NCBI GenBank assembly: GCA_002269645.1
Contig: NIVC01002442.1
Location: 1-64,000, forward strand
Direction of reading: 5' to 3'
Origin: Macrostomum lignano
Taxonomy: Eukaryota
Length of the DNA: 64,000 nucleotides
The position numbers and the translations under genes were made by a program. The notes under the pieces are model-generated. The model had not been told where the DNA came from. It did not search any database and saw nothing but the letters and a program-made list of their open reading frames with translations. Of the stretch, positions 1 to 13,400 are shown piece after piece. The first letter of the stretch is position 1; every line of letters starts with the position of its first letter.

Positions 1-342
1 AGTATAGCCATCCTTGATCATGAAACGACGTGCGACGAATAGCTTGAGAGACACGATGACAGCTCGCAGCATCCATGGGAAGGCGCCGATCTCCAGGTCA
101 CCAACAATTGCTACAGCCACAGCTTTATATACTTTACGCATTTACGCATTCAAACATCTTCAGCTGGCATAAATGAAGACACACTGAAGCCGGTCGCCAG
201 TCAAGCGCTTCTCATAGTATGTCAGTTTATTACGGAAATTCTTTACGCAGCATGGATTACGCGTTGTGATAAGTAGGGATAAATTATTAAAAAAGTAATC
301 TGTTTATCTAATTGTAAATACAGTAAAAACCTCAACACCCCG

Positions 343-3300
343 TTAAGGATGTCTTGTTCTGAAGTATTCTTGACTTCTTCCTGCAGGCTTCGGGACCGGA
401 CGGTCGAACATCTTCACCAGCTTCACGAACACCTGATCCAGCGATATCTGGTAGAGGGCCCAGTAGCTCACGCCTAGACGGCTCTGAAGGACTGAGATCC
501 ACCTCAGTGCACCCGACAGGCTGCGCACTGACGACTTGGGCAGCGAGAACTGCATGACCAGGCCGATGCCGAGGTCCTCCTGCGTCTGCGCTCCTTTGAA
601 CTGCTCCGACACCACTTTCTTGATGATCAGCTTTTTCTGTCTGACTACTGGCTCGGTCTCCGGGGCCAGCAGCAGCTCCAGCGTGTACGCGTCTCCATAG
701 CTGCGGGTGTCAATAAAAATGCCCCATTGCCTGCAATAGCAACAAAACAGCAACAAAAATACACCTCTCGCCGGCCACGAGTGGACACAGGAGGGGAGAT
801 GTCAAACACCTTTAGGGCGGTCCTTCTCAAAAAGTCAGCGCCCCTAGTCAGAGTCCGAACGGGAGCTCTCGCATCCCTCAGGAGCAGCTGTCGGGGTAGC
901 GCATCGTTCGCCGTCGTCCTCGTCTCCGCGGACCCTGCGCCGTCCACAAAAGCTAGTCGTGTAGCGGCTCGAGGCAGCGACTTTCCGACCGGATGACGTG
1001 GCCAGCCATCCTGAGTCACCTCTCGCGCAGCTCAGAAGGCCGCATTAGGCCCTAGCGACGTTGGACTCCGAGCCGGGCCGCAGCGCACGCCCCAACGCAG
1101 AGCCCAGCATCGCAGAGTACGCAGTGTCCACCAGCTGCTGCAGCTCCAAACTGGGAGCACAATTAGCCTCTGCTGACGTAGCAGAGCGTGGGCCAGAGCC
1201 TCGTGCTCTGATATGGTTTGCGTGGCATCACGCACCATCGGCACAACACGATTTTGCACTGTCAGCAGTCTAGCTAGACGGTTTAACCAGCCAGTCAAAT
1301 TCAACTAGGACTGGCCACAAGTGAAGATCGAGTAGCTAGCGGCCAATTCTTCGGCGACTAAACGTCAGCTCAAAGCCTACAGCTGACTCTTCTACGATGT
1401 CTCGGAGCTGCTAATACGAGCGAGTCCAACAATTCGACACGAACTCGTTCCAGATGGATTGGATTTGGGACAGCACCACCTCGCACATCCGCAGCCTTCC
1501 AGCTAAACACACATCACTGACGACGCGCCGCGCGATCTGTCAGTTCATGTTTCCGTTTTTGTGCCTCCAGACTAAAGTTCTTCACCATTTCGTGATTAAC
1601 CCGCTCAACACTGCCGCACGCCAAAAGCCACCACCGCTGAAGCCGACTTCCCATAAGTATTTTGACATCTCCCTACCGAAGCCAGTATGCATATCACGAC
1701 ACGCAATTTACCTCCGTGAAGAAACGCGAACTGATGCGAGCTCCACATTATTTAGTAGTTTAGTTAGCACTTTTGATTGAACTACATGTCGATCTGCTGC
1801 GCATATGCCTGTTTTCTTCACATTCCAAAAGGCACCACCTGCTTATGATCCCTCCTTAATTTACCTTCCCTTTGGAGGGAGGTAGTTACTATAAGCTTAA
1901 TGGTTTCTGTATTTTTCCCATCGTTCCTTCCCCATCAACCATAAACGACACTGTACACTACACAGTAAGCTTAAAGATCTAGCAACGCACAAGAAATATA
2001 CGAGCCCCCGGAACGCTATAACTAAAAGCTCTCAAAATTCTAATCTTGTAGATCGTAGCAACCAGGTACAAAATGTTAGATGCTGACCTAAGGCGACTGG
2101 ACCATTGATGAGACTAAGACACCTCGCAAAGCTATCTTTTTTCGCGAGAATGTAATTTTTGTAATGCAAACTTACCGACTCAAAAGCTGCTGCACGGTGC
2201 CCACTGAGATCATCCTGCCCTTGTTCATGATGCCGACCCGACTGCACAGAGCCTCGACCTCCTCCATGCTGTGCGTCGTGACCATGACAACTCTTTTATT
2301 TTTTGTCATGTAACGGATGGCGCCCCAGATGAAGCGCTTGTTCTCGGGATCTACGCCGGTCGAGGCCTCGTCGATGACGATGAGCGCTGGGTCGCCCAGC
2401 AGAGCGATGGCGAGGCAGAGACGCCGCTTGTTGCCGCCCGACAGCTGGCCGGCCTGCTTGTCGCTGTGCTGCGACAGGCCGAGGCTCTGCATCAGCCGGA
2501 TCGTCTGTTGTTCCGCCTCGATCGAGTCCAGGCCGCGGATGTCCGCGTAAAAGCGGATGTGCTCGGCCACGGTGATGCTGTTGAACAGCGGGTTGTACTG
2601 CGGGCAGTAGCCGATGGCACCGACTGTGGCTCCTTCCCGACCGGACAACCAGGCACCATCCTGCATGCGGACCTCGCAGGCGCCCTCCGTCGCGACCTCC
2701 TCGCCGACAATCACCGACATGGAGGTGGACTTGCCGGCTCCGTTCGCGCCCAGCAGACCAAAGATCTCGCCGGCCATCGCTCCGAAGGTGACGCCTCGCA
2801 CAGCGTGGACTCCGTTCGGATAAATCTTTTGCAGCTGTCGAACCTCCAGCACGTTCTTGGAGCTCCTGGGAGCCGCCAGCACCCTCTCTGCTTCTTTCTT
2901 TGCGCCGTCTTCCATGTCGCTATCGAGCTTTTCAGGCTTGGTCTGGGCTCCGCGGTGGCACACGGCCTCTTTGATTGCGGCGCTTTCTTCCACGGCAAAA
3001 ACGATGCCCAGCAAGATAATGATGTGCACCGGCATCGCTATGAGAGAGTGGAAGATGCCGGAATTCGTCCACAGACTGTCAATCATGCCAGGCAGCTCAG
3101 AGCCGTCTATGATTTGATAGTAGGCAAGCTTATATAAAAAATGCTCAGTGCTGAAGTACATTAGGGTAATGGGAGCCATGGTCGGAACTATCCAAATGAG
3201 TAGTTTCAAATAAACCGGAAAATTTTGAAACATAACTACAAATGAGGGCATAAGGACAGAGACCAGGACGCAGCCTGTGGAGACCAGGGTGCTCCTTTTC

Positions 3301-6300
3301 CTTGTGAGAACAGCGATGGCGTAGACAGTCAGCAGGTTGGACACGGTTCCAAAAATAAACGCCGGCAAGAAGGCGATTAGTACGAGGTAAGCACTGTTGT
3401 ATGCCTGAGACATCATTAGCAGCCCGACAGCAATCACGTAGCAAATGGCGTACTGGACCCAGTGCGTGACAAACGTGTTGACCCAATAGGCCATGTGGGT
3501 CATGCCAGTTGCTATCAGGTAACTGCGCACTCGGCTGCTCATGTCTTCGATCGGATCGCTCAAGCAGGAGATTGCAAACAAAGGCATTAGTAGGAGAAAC
3601 AGTCGCAACTCAAATCCTAGACTGACCCAAGCATGGTCAAATTTATCTATGAGCGCTAATGCGGTGGTTGCTTCCGGTCCCGGAATTCCGAAATACATTA
3701 GCAATTGAACAAGAGCTCTTTTGTGAACATGCGCTGTAGGTAAGTAAAATTCTTCTCCAAAAAATATTCCAACGCCCACATATCGGTCGGTGTTGGCTAC
3801 ACTTTTTAACCACGGCGAAGCGTAATACACAGCGCATGGCATCAATTCTCTCATACTCGTATATTTGACCTGTTTCGCCGTCAACTCGCCGTAGAGCTTG
3901 TCCTTGTTGACTTCAGCGACAGAAATTGCTCTAAGCTTTGAGATGGAGACTTTTTGATAAGGATTGGTGCACTAGGTGCTTTCTTTCCAGTCGCTTCTGG
4001 AAGAGCGAGTCGCCTGCACTCGTCCACGGACACGGGATTTGCGTCTCCGTCGGAAACGCACGCAATGGGAATCTCCTGCATTCCAAAAAAACTGAGTCGC
4101 ATGGATTGAGGGACGGCCAGAATATCCATCTGGTTTTGTGCTGAGGCATTTGTCTTTTCCGTCACGAAATCTATTGACCGAGCAGAGCCAACAGCTATCG
4201 CTACGAGCAGGGCGGCGGGCACAAGAATTCTGCCCACAAGATTGAACGGATCCCGCACCTGCCGCTTCATGTTCACAATGAACAAGGCGACAAACTGGAC
4301 CAGGGCAGAAGTTTTTGCTTTGTTAGAATTTATCAGCCACGGCTTTGAAGCTTCCGTCTTAACGGGAGTCTCAACCGGTAAGTCTTTTTTCTGGGAAAGC
4401 TGGGAAAGCGTCAGAGTGCCCGCTTGAAATGCCCGAACAACGTCTTCAGAATCCATCCCGCCCAGCCTCATGAAAATGTCATCGAGAGAAGCCTGAGACA
4501 GACCGAACGTCTCGACTTCTCTGCTGTTCTCCAGAACCTGAACTGCCTCGGTCAAAACAGACGAGTTCAATGCGGGAACCTCCAGCTGCAGTTCGGTTTC
4601 ATCAAGGCTTTTGACATGGACCTGCTTCAGCTTGGCCAGCAGCGACTCCGCGCCTGACTTGGACTTCAGCGACACATTCAGCGTGAAGCTGCAGCCGAAC
4701 GCTCGCTTCAGAAACATCGAAGACCCAGCGCACACGATCTTGCCGCCGCACAGGAAGATCTTGCGGTCCGCCAGGATGTCCGCCTCGTCCATGAACTGCG
4801 TGCACAGGATGATGGAGCGGGCGCTCTTCTCCTCCTGCAGCAGCTGCCACAGCTGCCGCCTCGACACCGGGTCCAGTCCGCTCGTTGGCTCGTCGAGAAA
4901 CACAACGTCCGGGTCGCCCAGCAGAGCCAGGATCGTGCTCACCTTTCTCTTCTGACCGCCGCTCAGGTCGCAAGACAGCACATCCTCCTTGTCTCCGAGA
5001 CCGAGTCTCTGCAGCATTCCGCGAGCTCTCTCAAGCTGGCTGGTGTCGCTGGCCGCCCTGCTGACCAGAGTGACTCGGATGCACTCCATCACAGTGAGCG
5101 AGTCGCAGAGGACGTCGAACTGCGGACAGGTGCTGATCCGACCTCTGAGCGACAGACGGAGCAGCGGGTTCGTCACTAGACAGCCGCCGATGTGGGCCGT
5201 TCCCTCGTCTGGCAGCTCCTCGCCTGTGAGGATCTTGATGAGCGTCGACTTGCCAGCGCCGTTGTGTCCGATGAGAGCCGTGATCTGGCCTCGGTAAATC
5301 GTGCCTGCATTTGATTTTGAAATGAGCGGAAATCACTTATAGCTAGCTGTATCAGGCAGCGCCAGCCAAGCGAAGGAGAGAACAGCAAGCCAAAAAGCCC
5401 CCCCCCTACCGAAATCCACACCCTTCAAAGGCTTCGATTTATTCCCCCATACACGACGAGACCCACCCCAAACACAGGGGCGCCGGCAAACAACCCCCGC
5501 CCCACTAATAGCGATTGGCCAGTTACTGATAATTTTAATTTTTTGCACTGTGCACTGGTATCTTGATAATGACAATTAAACAATTTTACGATAGAAAGAT
5601 TTGCACTGATTGTTTTTTCTCCCCTCGTAGTACTTGACAATTAATTCTGAATCAGCTCTATCATCTCAGCTCCAAGTTCTCAGCTCTACTATCTCAGCTC
5701 TTCCATCTCAGTTCTACTATCTCAGCTCTAAGATGTCAGGAGCTCCTGGGTACTTTCAATTTGCAGTACGAGCGTATGTCATGGAAAATTGGATTTTAGG
5801 CAACGGCAGAGCCAGAGAAACAGCTTACAGGACAGTCTCTTTAGCACAGTTGGACCGTCTGAAAGGAAAAAACAGCAGCTCTGATATTTCTTGCTGACAT
5901 CCTTCACAAGGACAACGGGTTGCAGCCCCATCACGGGTTCGATGTTCAGTTCGGTCTTTTCTGCTGGGCCTTGGCTCGGAGCGGAGTCGCTGCGGTCCTT
6001 GTGGCCTTTCGGGCACCAGAAGTCGGGCATGAACGGGTAGTGCGGTGGTAGACAAAGACCATTGCCGCTGCTCAGCATGAAGTCCAGATAAGTCAGCAAC
6101 AGAGCAAACAGCAGCAGCCCAATCGCTGTCCAGGTCAGAATCTGGGAGAGTCGCTCAGAGTCGTCTTCATGCTTCAGCTCAGCTACTGAGAACTGTCGCC
6201 TCACCTCAGAGTTGAACAGCTTGATGATGTACTCGGTGGCGAACAGTGGCGAAAAAATGTACAATAAGAATTTCGCTTGTTCTTGAAGAAAAGTACTGTT

Positions 6301-7425
6301 GAAACTTGCTACCAGAAGTCCGATGCTCATCACTATGGTCATCATGGACACGAGTGCCAGAGGTGGCAGCAGCAGCTCCAGCAGCAGCATGAAGGCAGCC
6401 AGGTTGAGGCAAAACAGTGCGAAGAAGATGAAGACTCGAGCCATGGCTGAGGCTGGAAAAACTCCCAAACACTCCAGCGCGTTCGATGCTGTGAAAACGC
6501 CCGCGAAAAAGAGGCACTCGAGCGCAGTGACGAGCCAAATTACCAGCCAATAGGCAGACACGGACAGGCCGCTGCGAAACAGCTGCTGCAGGAAGCCATC
6601 GGTCTTGATCATGCGGATGCAGGAGACAGTAGAGATGAGCAGGTAGAAGTTCACTCCGATCGCTGACAGGCTGACTGAGATGCGTACAAACGTTGACGTC
6701 AATTGGCTAAATGTATCTTTTTTAACCCCATTGGCACAAACCGAGTTTGGCAAGGATTTCGTCTTTTCGTTGTCATAGCGCTCTACCTGATCGCTATTGT
6801 TTGAATATTTTTCAAAAAGTTGAAACATTTGTATCTCTTTGAAATTCACGAACCCCAAGGTTGCCTGGATAGACAGAACCATCACCTTGTACAGAAAAGC
6901 GCATCTGATATCGACTTTGGCTCCATGAAGGTGGAGACATTCCAATACAGCTCGCGATTCGTCTGGTTTTTTTGAGTAGCGGATCAGGGCAACAATGGCT
7001 TCGTGTCCTCCGAGATTGATGAACCGCTCTCTGCAGTCGGCCTCTGGCCCGCACTCCTCAATCCAATTAGCATCGCCACCTCCAGCTTTCATGATGCTGA
7101 TCGCGGCTGCTGTTTCAGCCGGGAAGCTGGAGCGGTCAACCAGAACTTTGGCCTTCGATGCTGCAAAGTCGGAGGCGCTGTAGAAGACACGCTGATCGCT
7201 GCCGTTTTTTCCTGTTTCCGATTTGATGTCGCCAAGGAGAGGCACTATATAAAGACTGGAGGCTACCAATGCTATGGGTATAAAAACTGTAGCAAAGCGC
7301 GCTGCCTTGAGCTTCAGCAGCAGCAGAAGCAGCATCTTAAACTGTTCAAACCAGATTTTAGAGTTCAGAGTCTGCCCCGGCTTGGACGCAGCTGTTGACG
7401 GCTGCTTTCTATTGACGAGTGGCAT
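343..7425 (-). CDS. ABCA-subfamily full transporter, copy 1 (TMD1-NBD1-TMD2-NBD2; 3 coding exons; one 1-nt frameshift)
   Basis: Exons 7425-5829, 5304-2176 and 700-343 with GT-AG introns in matching phases. NBD1: GHNGAGKST, LSGGQKRK, FLDEPTSGLD. NBD2: GANGAGKST, LSGGNKRRL, IDEASTGVD, THSMEEVEALC. Spliced length is 5084 nt, one base short of 1695 codons; the frameshift lies near 3902. Confidence 0.9.
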
Positions 7426-8599
7426 TCAGGAGGTTCGTAGCTTTTGTTGCTTGCTTGCCGACTGCGAAACTCTGCACTGTTGGGCTGCAACAAAGTCCGT
7501 CCCACCTACTGAATGGATCACAGAAATGAATAGAGAAATTTTGTATGTTGCTGTTAACTAAAATCTTTTGCACTCAGCAGTACTCTATGGTAGTCTCGCC
7601 TCGCTGAAGCTTCCAACAAGAGAACATTTTGGTTTTTATATAGTTTTCTTTGTTATGATGCCTGAATCTTGCTTATATTCCTGCTCTGAGTTATTTTTAA
7701 TTTTAAATGTTGTTTATCTGTAGGTTTTAACCATCAGCTTTCAGTCAGGGTCTTAACTGGAGCAGCGTCACAGGGCGGGGCAACGGCGTCAGCCAGCAAG
7801 CAGTCGATGAAACGCCCCTTGTGAAAGAGCTATGACTTGGCGCGGGTGATGTGGTTTGCCGGTTGGACTCCCCGACGGCGCAACAGGTCGCTTGGCCTGA
7901 CAAGGCCGGCGCAGCGATACTGCTGTGTCGGAGCCTTGCTCAGCACCGATTTTGAAGGCGCACAGCAAGCCAGAGTGCTTCGGATCAAATTGCTGTGAGC
8001 GATCTGTCAGCGTCCAGAACGAAAGGCAGCCCCTGGCAACCCAACCGCTGAGGCAGATAAACTGCTGACAGCGCTGAAGTTTTGTCGCCAGTGCGTCAGT
8101 ATCCGCACAAAATTGCAGCCTTGAACACAGAGCTCAACGAGCTTCTGTGCGTTGATCATCAGGCTGGCACTCGCTGCAACAACATGCAGCTTGTTTAGCT
8201 GTCGTTGGATCGTGCCGTGGACGGTTAAGCTCTGGTTGAGCCAAGCACGCTGAGCTGGCGTCAATCCACCCGTCAGCTTAGCAGAAAGCAGGAAGAGCAG
8301 TCCAGTCAAACACCCAGTCAAACATTAGACTCCCTTGAGCACCTCACGGGTTGTATCAAAGAAGTCCGATAGGCCGTCCGGTATCAACGGTATATCAGCT
8401 TTTGTGAGACATCCCTGATCCTGATGGCGTCATGTTGTACGCTCGAAGTACGACCCTGACGTCAGAATTAAAAAGTCTATAAAGATAGCAATCAGGATCT
8501 ACAGGCGCATTCGCGATTCTTCGATGACTCATCCGCTATGGGGCCGGAACCCATTTTGTAAGTACATGAAGCTTCTAGAGAAGAGTGTGAACCAGTCCA

Positions 8600-9460
8600 G
8601 CAATGGCTGAGCATCGGTGTCGAGTCCATCCAAGCCTCAAGTCAAACTACCAAAGCGCAAGATCCCAACATTTGATGGTACAGTGTCCATGTGGCAGCCC
8701 TTCTGGGATCAAGTCTCTTCCTCTGGCGATGAGAACGCGGAGTTGTCCGACATCAACAAATTTAAATTTTCTGATGGATTCACTTTCAATCATGTCGACC
8801 CAATTATCAAATCGCCATCGATATTCTGAATAAACGCGTTGGGAAGGAAATAATTAATCGCAGTATCCTAAGTCAGCTCTCTGACGTTCAGTTGTTTGAT
8901 ATTACCTTGTCGAGTCTGCGAAGTTTTCATGACAACATCGCTGCTGGAGTTCGTAGCTTAGAGGTTCAAGGTGTTCCTCCGTCAACTTACGAGACATAGT
9001 TGCTAAAAAACTTGCTTCGCAAATGTCCAGCTGAATTTCGACTCAACCTGGTGAAGCCCGCGAGTTATTGAAAAAACCATTGACACGGTGGAGTTTTTTC
9101 TTGAAACTCTTCCAAACTCTTGCAATTCAAGTCCTTGAGAACGCTGCTGTAGGTGTAAGGAAGCTCAATTTATCGAATCACAGTCGTGGAATAGCTCGGC
9201 CAAAGTCGTCCTTAGCCACCCTGGCTGCTCAGTCAGAAGAGCGACAACCTAATCGTCAAGAACAGAGCGGCAAAGTGTACTGCACCGACTGTGGGTCAGA
9301 ACACGCTACAGAGAACTGCACCAAGATGGCTAGTGTAGAGGCGAGACGCGGCTTTCTTCAGCCAGATCACAGATGCTTTCGGTGTTTCGGCAAGGAATTG
9401 TGACGATACACGACGGTGTCGGGTCTGCAATGGTTGTCATGTCACCATGTCAGCATTTTT
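8600..9460 (+). mobile_element. Decayed BEL/Pao LTR-retrotransposon gag fragment
   Basis: VKLPKRKIPTFDGTVSMWQPFWDQ..LSDINKF resembles the Pao gag DUF1759 motif. It is followed by zinc-knuckle remnants (CTDCGSEHATENC; RCFRCFGK), with stops and frameshifts. No pol or LTRs recognised. Confidence 0.75.
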
Positions 9461-9998
9461 TCACTCCTCAATCCTAATAATATTCTGACAGCCTTAAAAA
9501 TTCCAGTTAACAATTAACAAAACAGACACCGGACAACAAATGGCTGGGATTTGATAGATGGACCAATGCACAAGACTTCAAATAACTTGATTAGTACCTT
9601 TGCGCTGCAATTAGAAAATTATAATTAGCCTCAAAGAAGTTAAAAGTCAAAACACTCTTAGAATGCATCACTCGTGTCGACCTGAAGAAGAATATCGAAG
9701 AATATCGAAATGAAGAAATCGGCCTTCAAAAATATTCGACGAATCACGTGTGTAGCGTCCTGAATGCGGTGGAGAGGCTACCTCAATTTCCACGTGGCAC
9801 TGGTCATTGGAGAGCTCAGTGACTAAGAGCACAGTGACTGAGAGCACAGGTAAGAGAACGGGTAAGAGCACAGTTTGCAAGATGTACCGAACATGTCTTT
9901 ACACTAGCTACAATACCAATGCACTCATGTATGCAACTGTTAGCTATATTAAATTCTAATATAGAATATTCCAACACTGCGACGCCAACTGCGTATTC

Positions 9999-10019
9999 TG
10001 TTGTTGTTGTTGTTGTTGC

Positions 10020-10057
<38 letters not shown>

Positions 10058-10078
10058 TTGTTGTTGTTGTTGTTGTTT

Positions 10079-10122
<44 letters not shown>

Positions 10123-10157
10123 GCTGTTGTTGTTGTTGTTGTTGTTGTTGTTGCTGT

Positions 10158-10201
<44 letters not shown>

Positions 10202-10203
10202 TT
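9999..10203. repeat. (GTT)n/(CAA)n microsatellite, about 68 units with few interruptions
   Basis: Directly visible; explains the polyQ, polyV and polyL ORFs. Confidence 0.98.
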
Positions 10204-10411
10204 GAATTCTAATGAAAATTTCTTTCATTTCTTTCTGTTTCATGATTGAAACTAAATAAATATCCTGGTTATCTGCTGTGCAACAGACAAGTTAATAAAT
10301 AGTACTTTTATTAAACGAAAAAGTTGCCACTATGTTACATTCAGTAAAATACTGCATGAGTACTGGGAAAAATGCAGACATTGTTCAAGTATTTTGTTTT
10401 TTAGCGTCTTC

Positions 10412-13400
10412 TCAAACAGAATTGCCGGCTTTCTCCGGAGCGGAGGGGTCGTGCGTCTTGATCAGCTTCACGAACACCTGGTCGAGAGAAATCTGGTAGA
10501 AGGCCCAGTAGCTCACTCCCCATCCGCTCTGGTTCGTCTCCAGCCACTTCAGCGCATCCGACAGGCTGCTCACTGACGACTTGGGCACCGAAAACTGCAT
10601 CACCAGGCTGAGGCCGACGTCCTCCTGCGTCTGCGCTCCACTGAACTGCTCCAGCACCGCAAGCCTGATGGATAACTTTCTTCGTCTGATCGACGTTTCG
10701 GACTCGGCGTTCAGCAGCAGCTCGAGCGTGTACGCGTCTCCATGGCTGATTGAAAAATTGTCGAAATAAAGTCAATTGATGGTAAAAAATCAAATGCACC
10801 TTTTCAACCAGTTACGAGCCTCAATATGGGCTGCATTTGTGCTACCCGATAGAATTTCCAACCAATCGGTTACAGCACTGCTGACAAAAACCTCTCTCAT
10901 CAATTTCTCAAGCGGGCACGCACTCGTGCTCTATTGTCAAATAGTGGTTTGAAATGCTGCAATTTAATACTCACCGACTCCTCAGCAGCTGCACGGTGCC
11001 CACCGAGATCATCCTGCCCTTGTTCATGATGCCCACCCGACTGCACAGAGCCTCGACCTCCTCCATGCTGTGAGTCGTGACCATGACCGACCTCTGTTTG
11101 CGCACCATGCGGCGGATGGCGCCCCAGATGAAGCGCTTGTTCTCGGGATCTACGCCAGTCGAGGCCTCGTCGATGACGATGAGCGCCGGGTCGCCCAGCA
11201 GAGCGATGGCGAGGCAGAGACGCCGCTTGTTGCCGCCCGACAGCTGACCGGCCTGCTTGTCGCTGTGCTGCGACAGGCCGAGGCTCTGCATCAGCCGGGT
11301 CGTCTGTCGCTCCGCCTCGGTCGAGTCCAGGCCACGGATATCCGCGTAGAAGCGGATGTGCTCGGCCACGGTGATGCAGTTGAACAGCGGGTTGTGCTGC
11401 GGGCAGTAGCCGATGGCGCCGACTGTGGCTCCTTCCCGACCGGACAGCCAGGCACCATCCTGCACGTGGACCTCGCAGACTCCCTCCGTCGCGGCCTCCT
11501 CGCCGACAATCACCGACATGGAGGTGGACTTGCCGGCTCCGTTCGCGCCCAGCAGACCAAAGATCTCGCCGGCCATCGCTCCGAAGGTGACGCCTCGCAC
11601 AGCGTGGACTCCGTTCGGATAAATCTTTTGCAGCTGTCGAACCTCCAGCACGTTCTTGGAGCCCCTGGGAGCCGCCAGCACCCGCTCTGCTTCTTTCTTT
11701 GCGCCTTCCTCCATTTCGCTATCAATGTTATCAGACGTAATCTGGGCGTTGTTACCCCTGATTAACTTTCTGATAACAGCGCTATGCTCTGTAAAAAAAT
11801 GATGCCGAACATGATGAAAATGTGCACTGGCATCGCCAGTAGGGATTGTAATATTAGAGGATTTCTGTACACACTTTCAGCCATGCCAGGCAACTCATCG
11901 CCGTCATTGGTCTGATAATAGTCCAGCTTGAGGAAATAGTAGTTGGCGCTGCTGTACAGCAGTTCAAGCGGGGCTGCGGGTGGCAGGATCCAGAACAAAA
12001 GCGTCACGAAAGTCTTATGGTTCTGAGTGAGGAACAATACCGGGGGCAGAAGCACTGCGGTCAGAACGCAGGCTGTCGAGACCACGGTGCTTTGAGTCTG
12101 TGTTACAACAGCGATGGCGTAGATGGTCAGCTGGTTGGACACGGTTCCAGCGAGAAGCACTGGTAAGAAGGCGGCAAGGGCTATATACGTGCTTCTGTAT
12201 TCCTCGCATATCAGTAGCAGCCCGACAGCTATCATGTAGCAAATAACGTACCGAACCCAGTGCATGAGAAATGTATTGACCCAGTAGGCAGTGGAAGTCA
12301 AACCAGTGGAGGCGAGGTAGTTGCGCGCTTTGATTGCCATGTCTTCAATCGGATCGCTCAAGTACGAGACAGGAAACAGACAGAATACAAAGAGAAGCGT
12401 GAAAAACTGAATTCCCCGCAACACACCAGCTCTCCATGTTGAAGCCACAGGGCAGTGGTTGCTTCGGGTCCTGATATTCCAAAGAACTTCAAGATGGTCA
12501 CCAGCGCTCTTCTGTAAATGTGCACCCTAGGTGATACAGAATCTTCTTGGTACAAAACCCCAACGCTTACGGATCGGTCCTTGTTCGACACTTTCTTCTG
12601 CCAGGGCGAGGCGTAGTACACGGCGCATGGCGTCATTCGTGTCCCGCCCTTAATCCAGTTTTTCGCCCTGAGCTCTTTAAAAATTTCATCTCTGGTTGAT
12701 TTTAGCGACAGAAAGTTCTCGACGCTTTGCGATGGAGATTTTTTAATGAGAATAGGCGGACGGCTCCCGCTGTCTTCTGCCGCAGCTGGCAGAGCCAGAC
12801 TCTCGCAATCGAGCAGAGAGATCGGGTTCGAGACTCCATCACTCACACAAGTAAATGGGGGTTTCAGACTTGCCAAAAATTTAACTCGAAACGACTGCGG
12901 CACAGCCAGAACATCCATCTTTTGAAATTCCAGGTCATCAGTCTTCTGTTTTAAAGTACTTTGACTCAATGCTGCCGAAAAAGCCATGACTGCCAGCAGG
13001 GCGGCGGGCACAAGGATTCGGCTCACTAGGTTGGCCCGCGAGCGCACTTGCCGCTTCATATTCAGAGCAAACAAAGCAATGAACTGAGCAAGCGTGGAGC
13101 CCCTCATTCGGTTGGACTTTCTTATCCGATGCTTTGGTTTTTCTTCCTTCTCGGGAGTCGATTCTACAGGCAAACTGCAAGTTTCCAAAAGCTGAGGAAG
13201 CATCAGAGTGCCCGCTCGAAATGCCTTGATGACTTCTCTAGAGTCCATTCCGCTATAAGGATGGTAATCAACCGATATTTAGGGACTATCGTAGGAACTA
13301 TTAGGAATAGGACTTAGGATTTAGGAAATTAGGGAATTGCATTGTTATCAGAGCGTGGTGGAGTGTAGCAGTTGTGGACAGCTGCACTCTTACAAAAAGC

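Noticed and set aside
1-340. Possible start of a third ABCA paralog or other membrane-protein exon on the minus strand
   Set aside because: Short hydrophobic open stretch without convincing similarity to the ABCA N-termini; truncated by the window edge.
1285-8330. Shared CCAGTCAAA motif between the intronic block (about 1290) and the 8320 region as evidence of one element
   Set aside because: The match is about 9 bp with no extended alignment visible.
9919-10249. PolyQ/polyV/polyL ORFs
   Set aside because: Frames of an intergenic (GTT)n microsatellite.
13295-13345. TTAGG-like motifs near the ABCA copy 2 breakpoint, suggesting telomere healing
   Set aside because: Only a few degenerate, irregularly spaced motifs; not distinguishable from chance.
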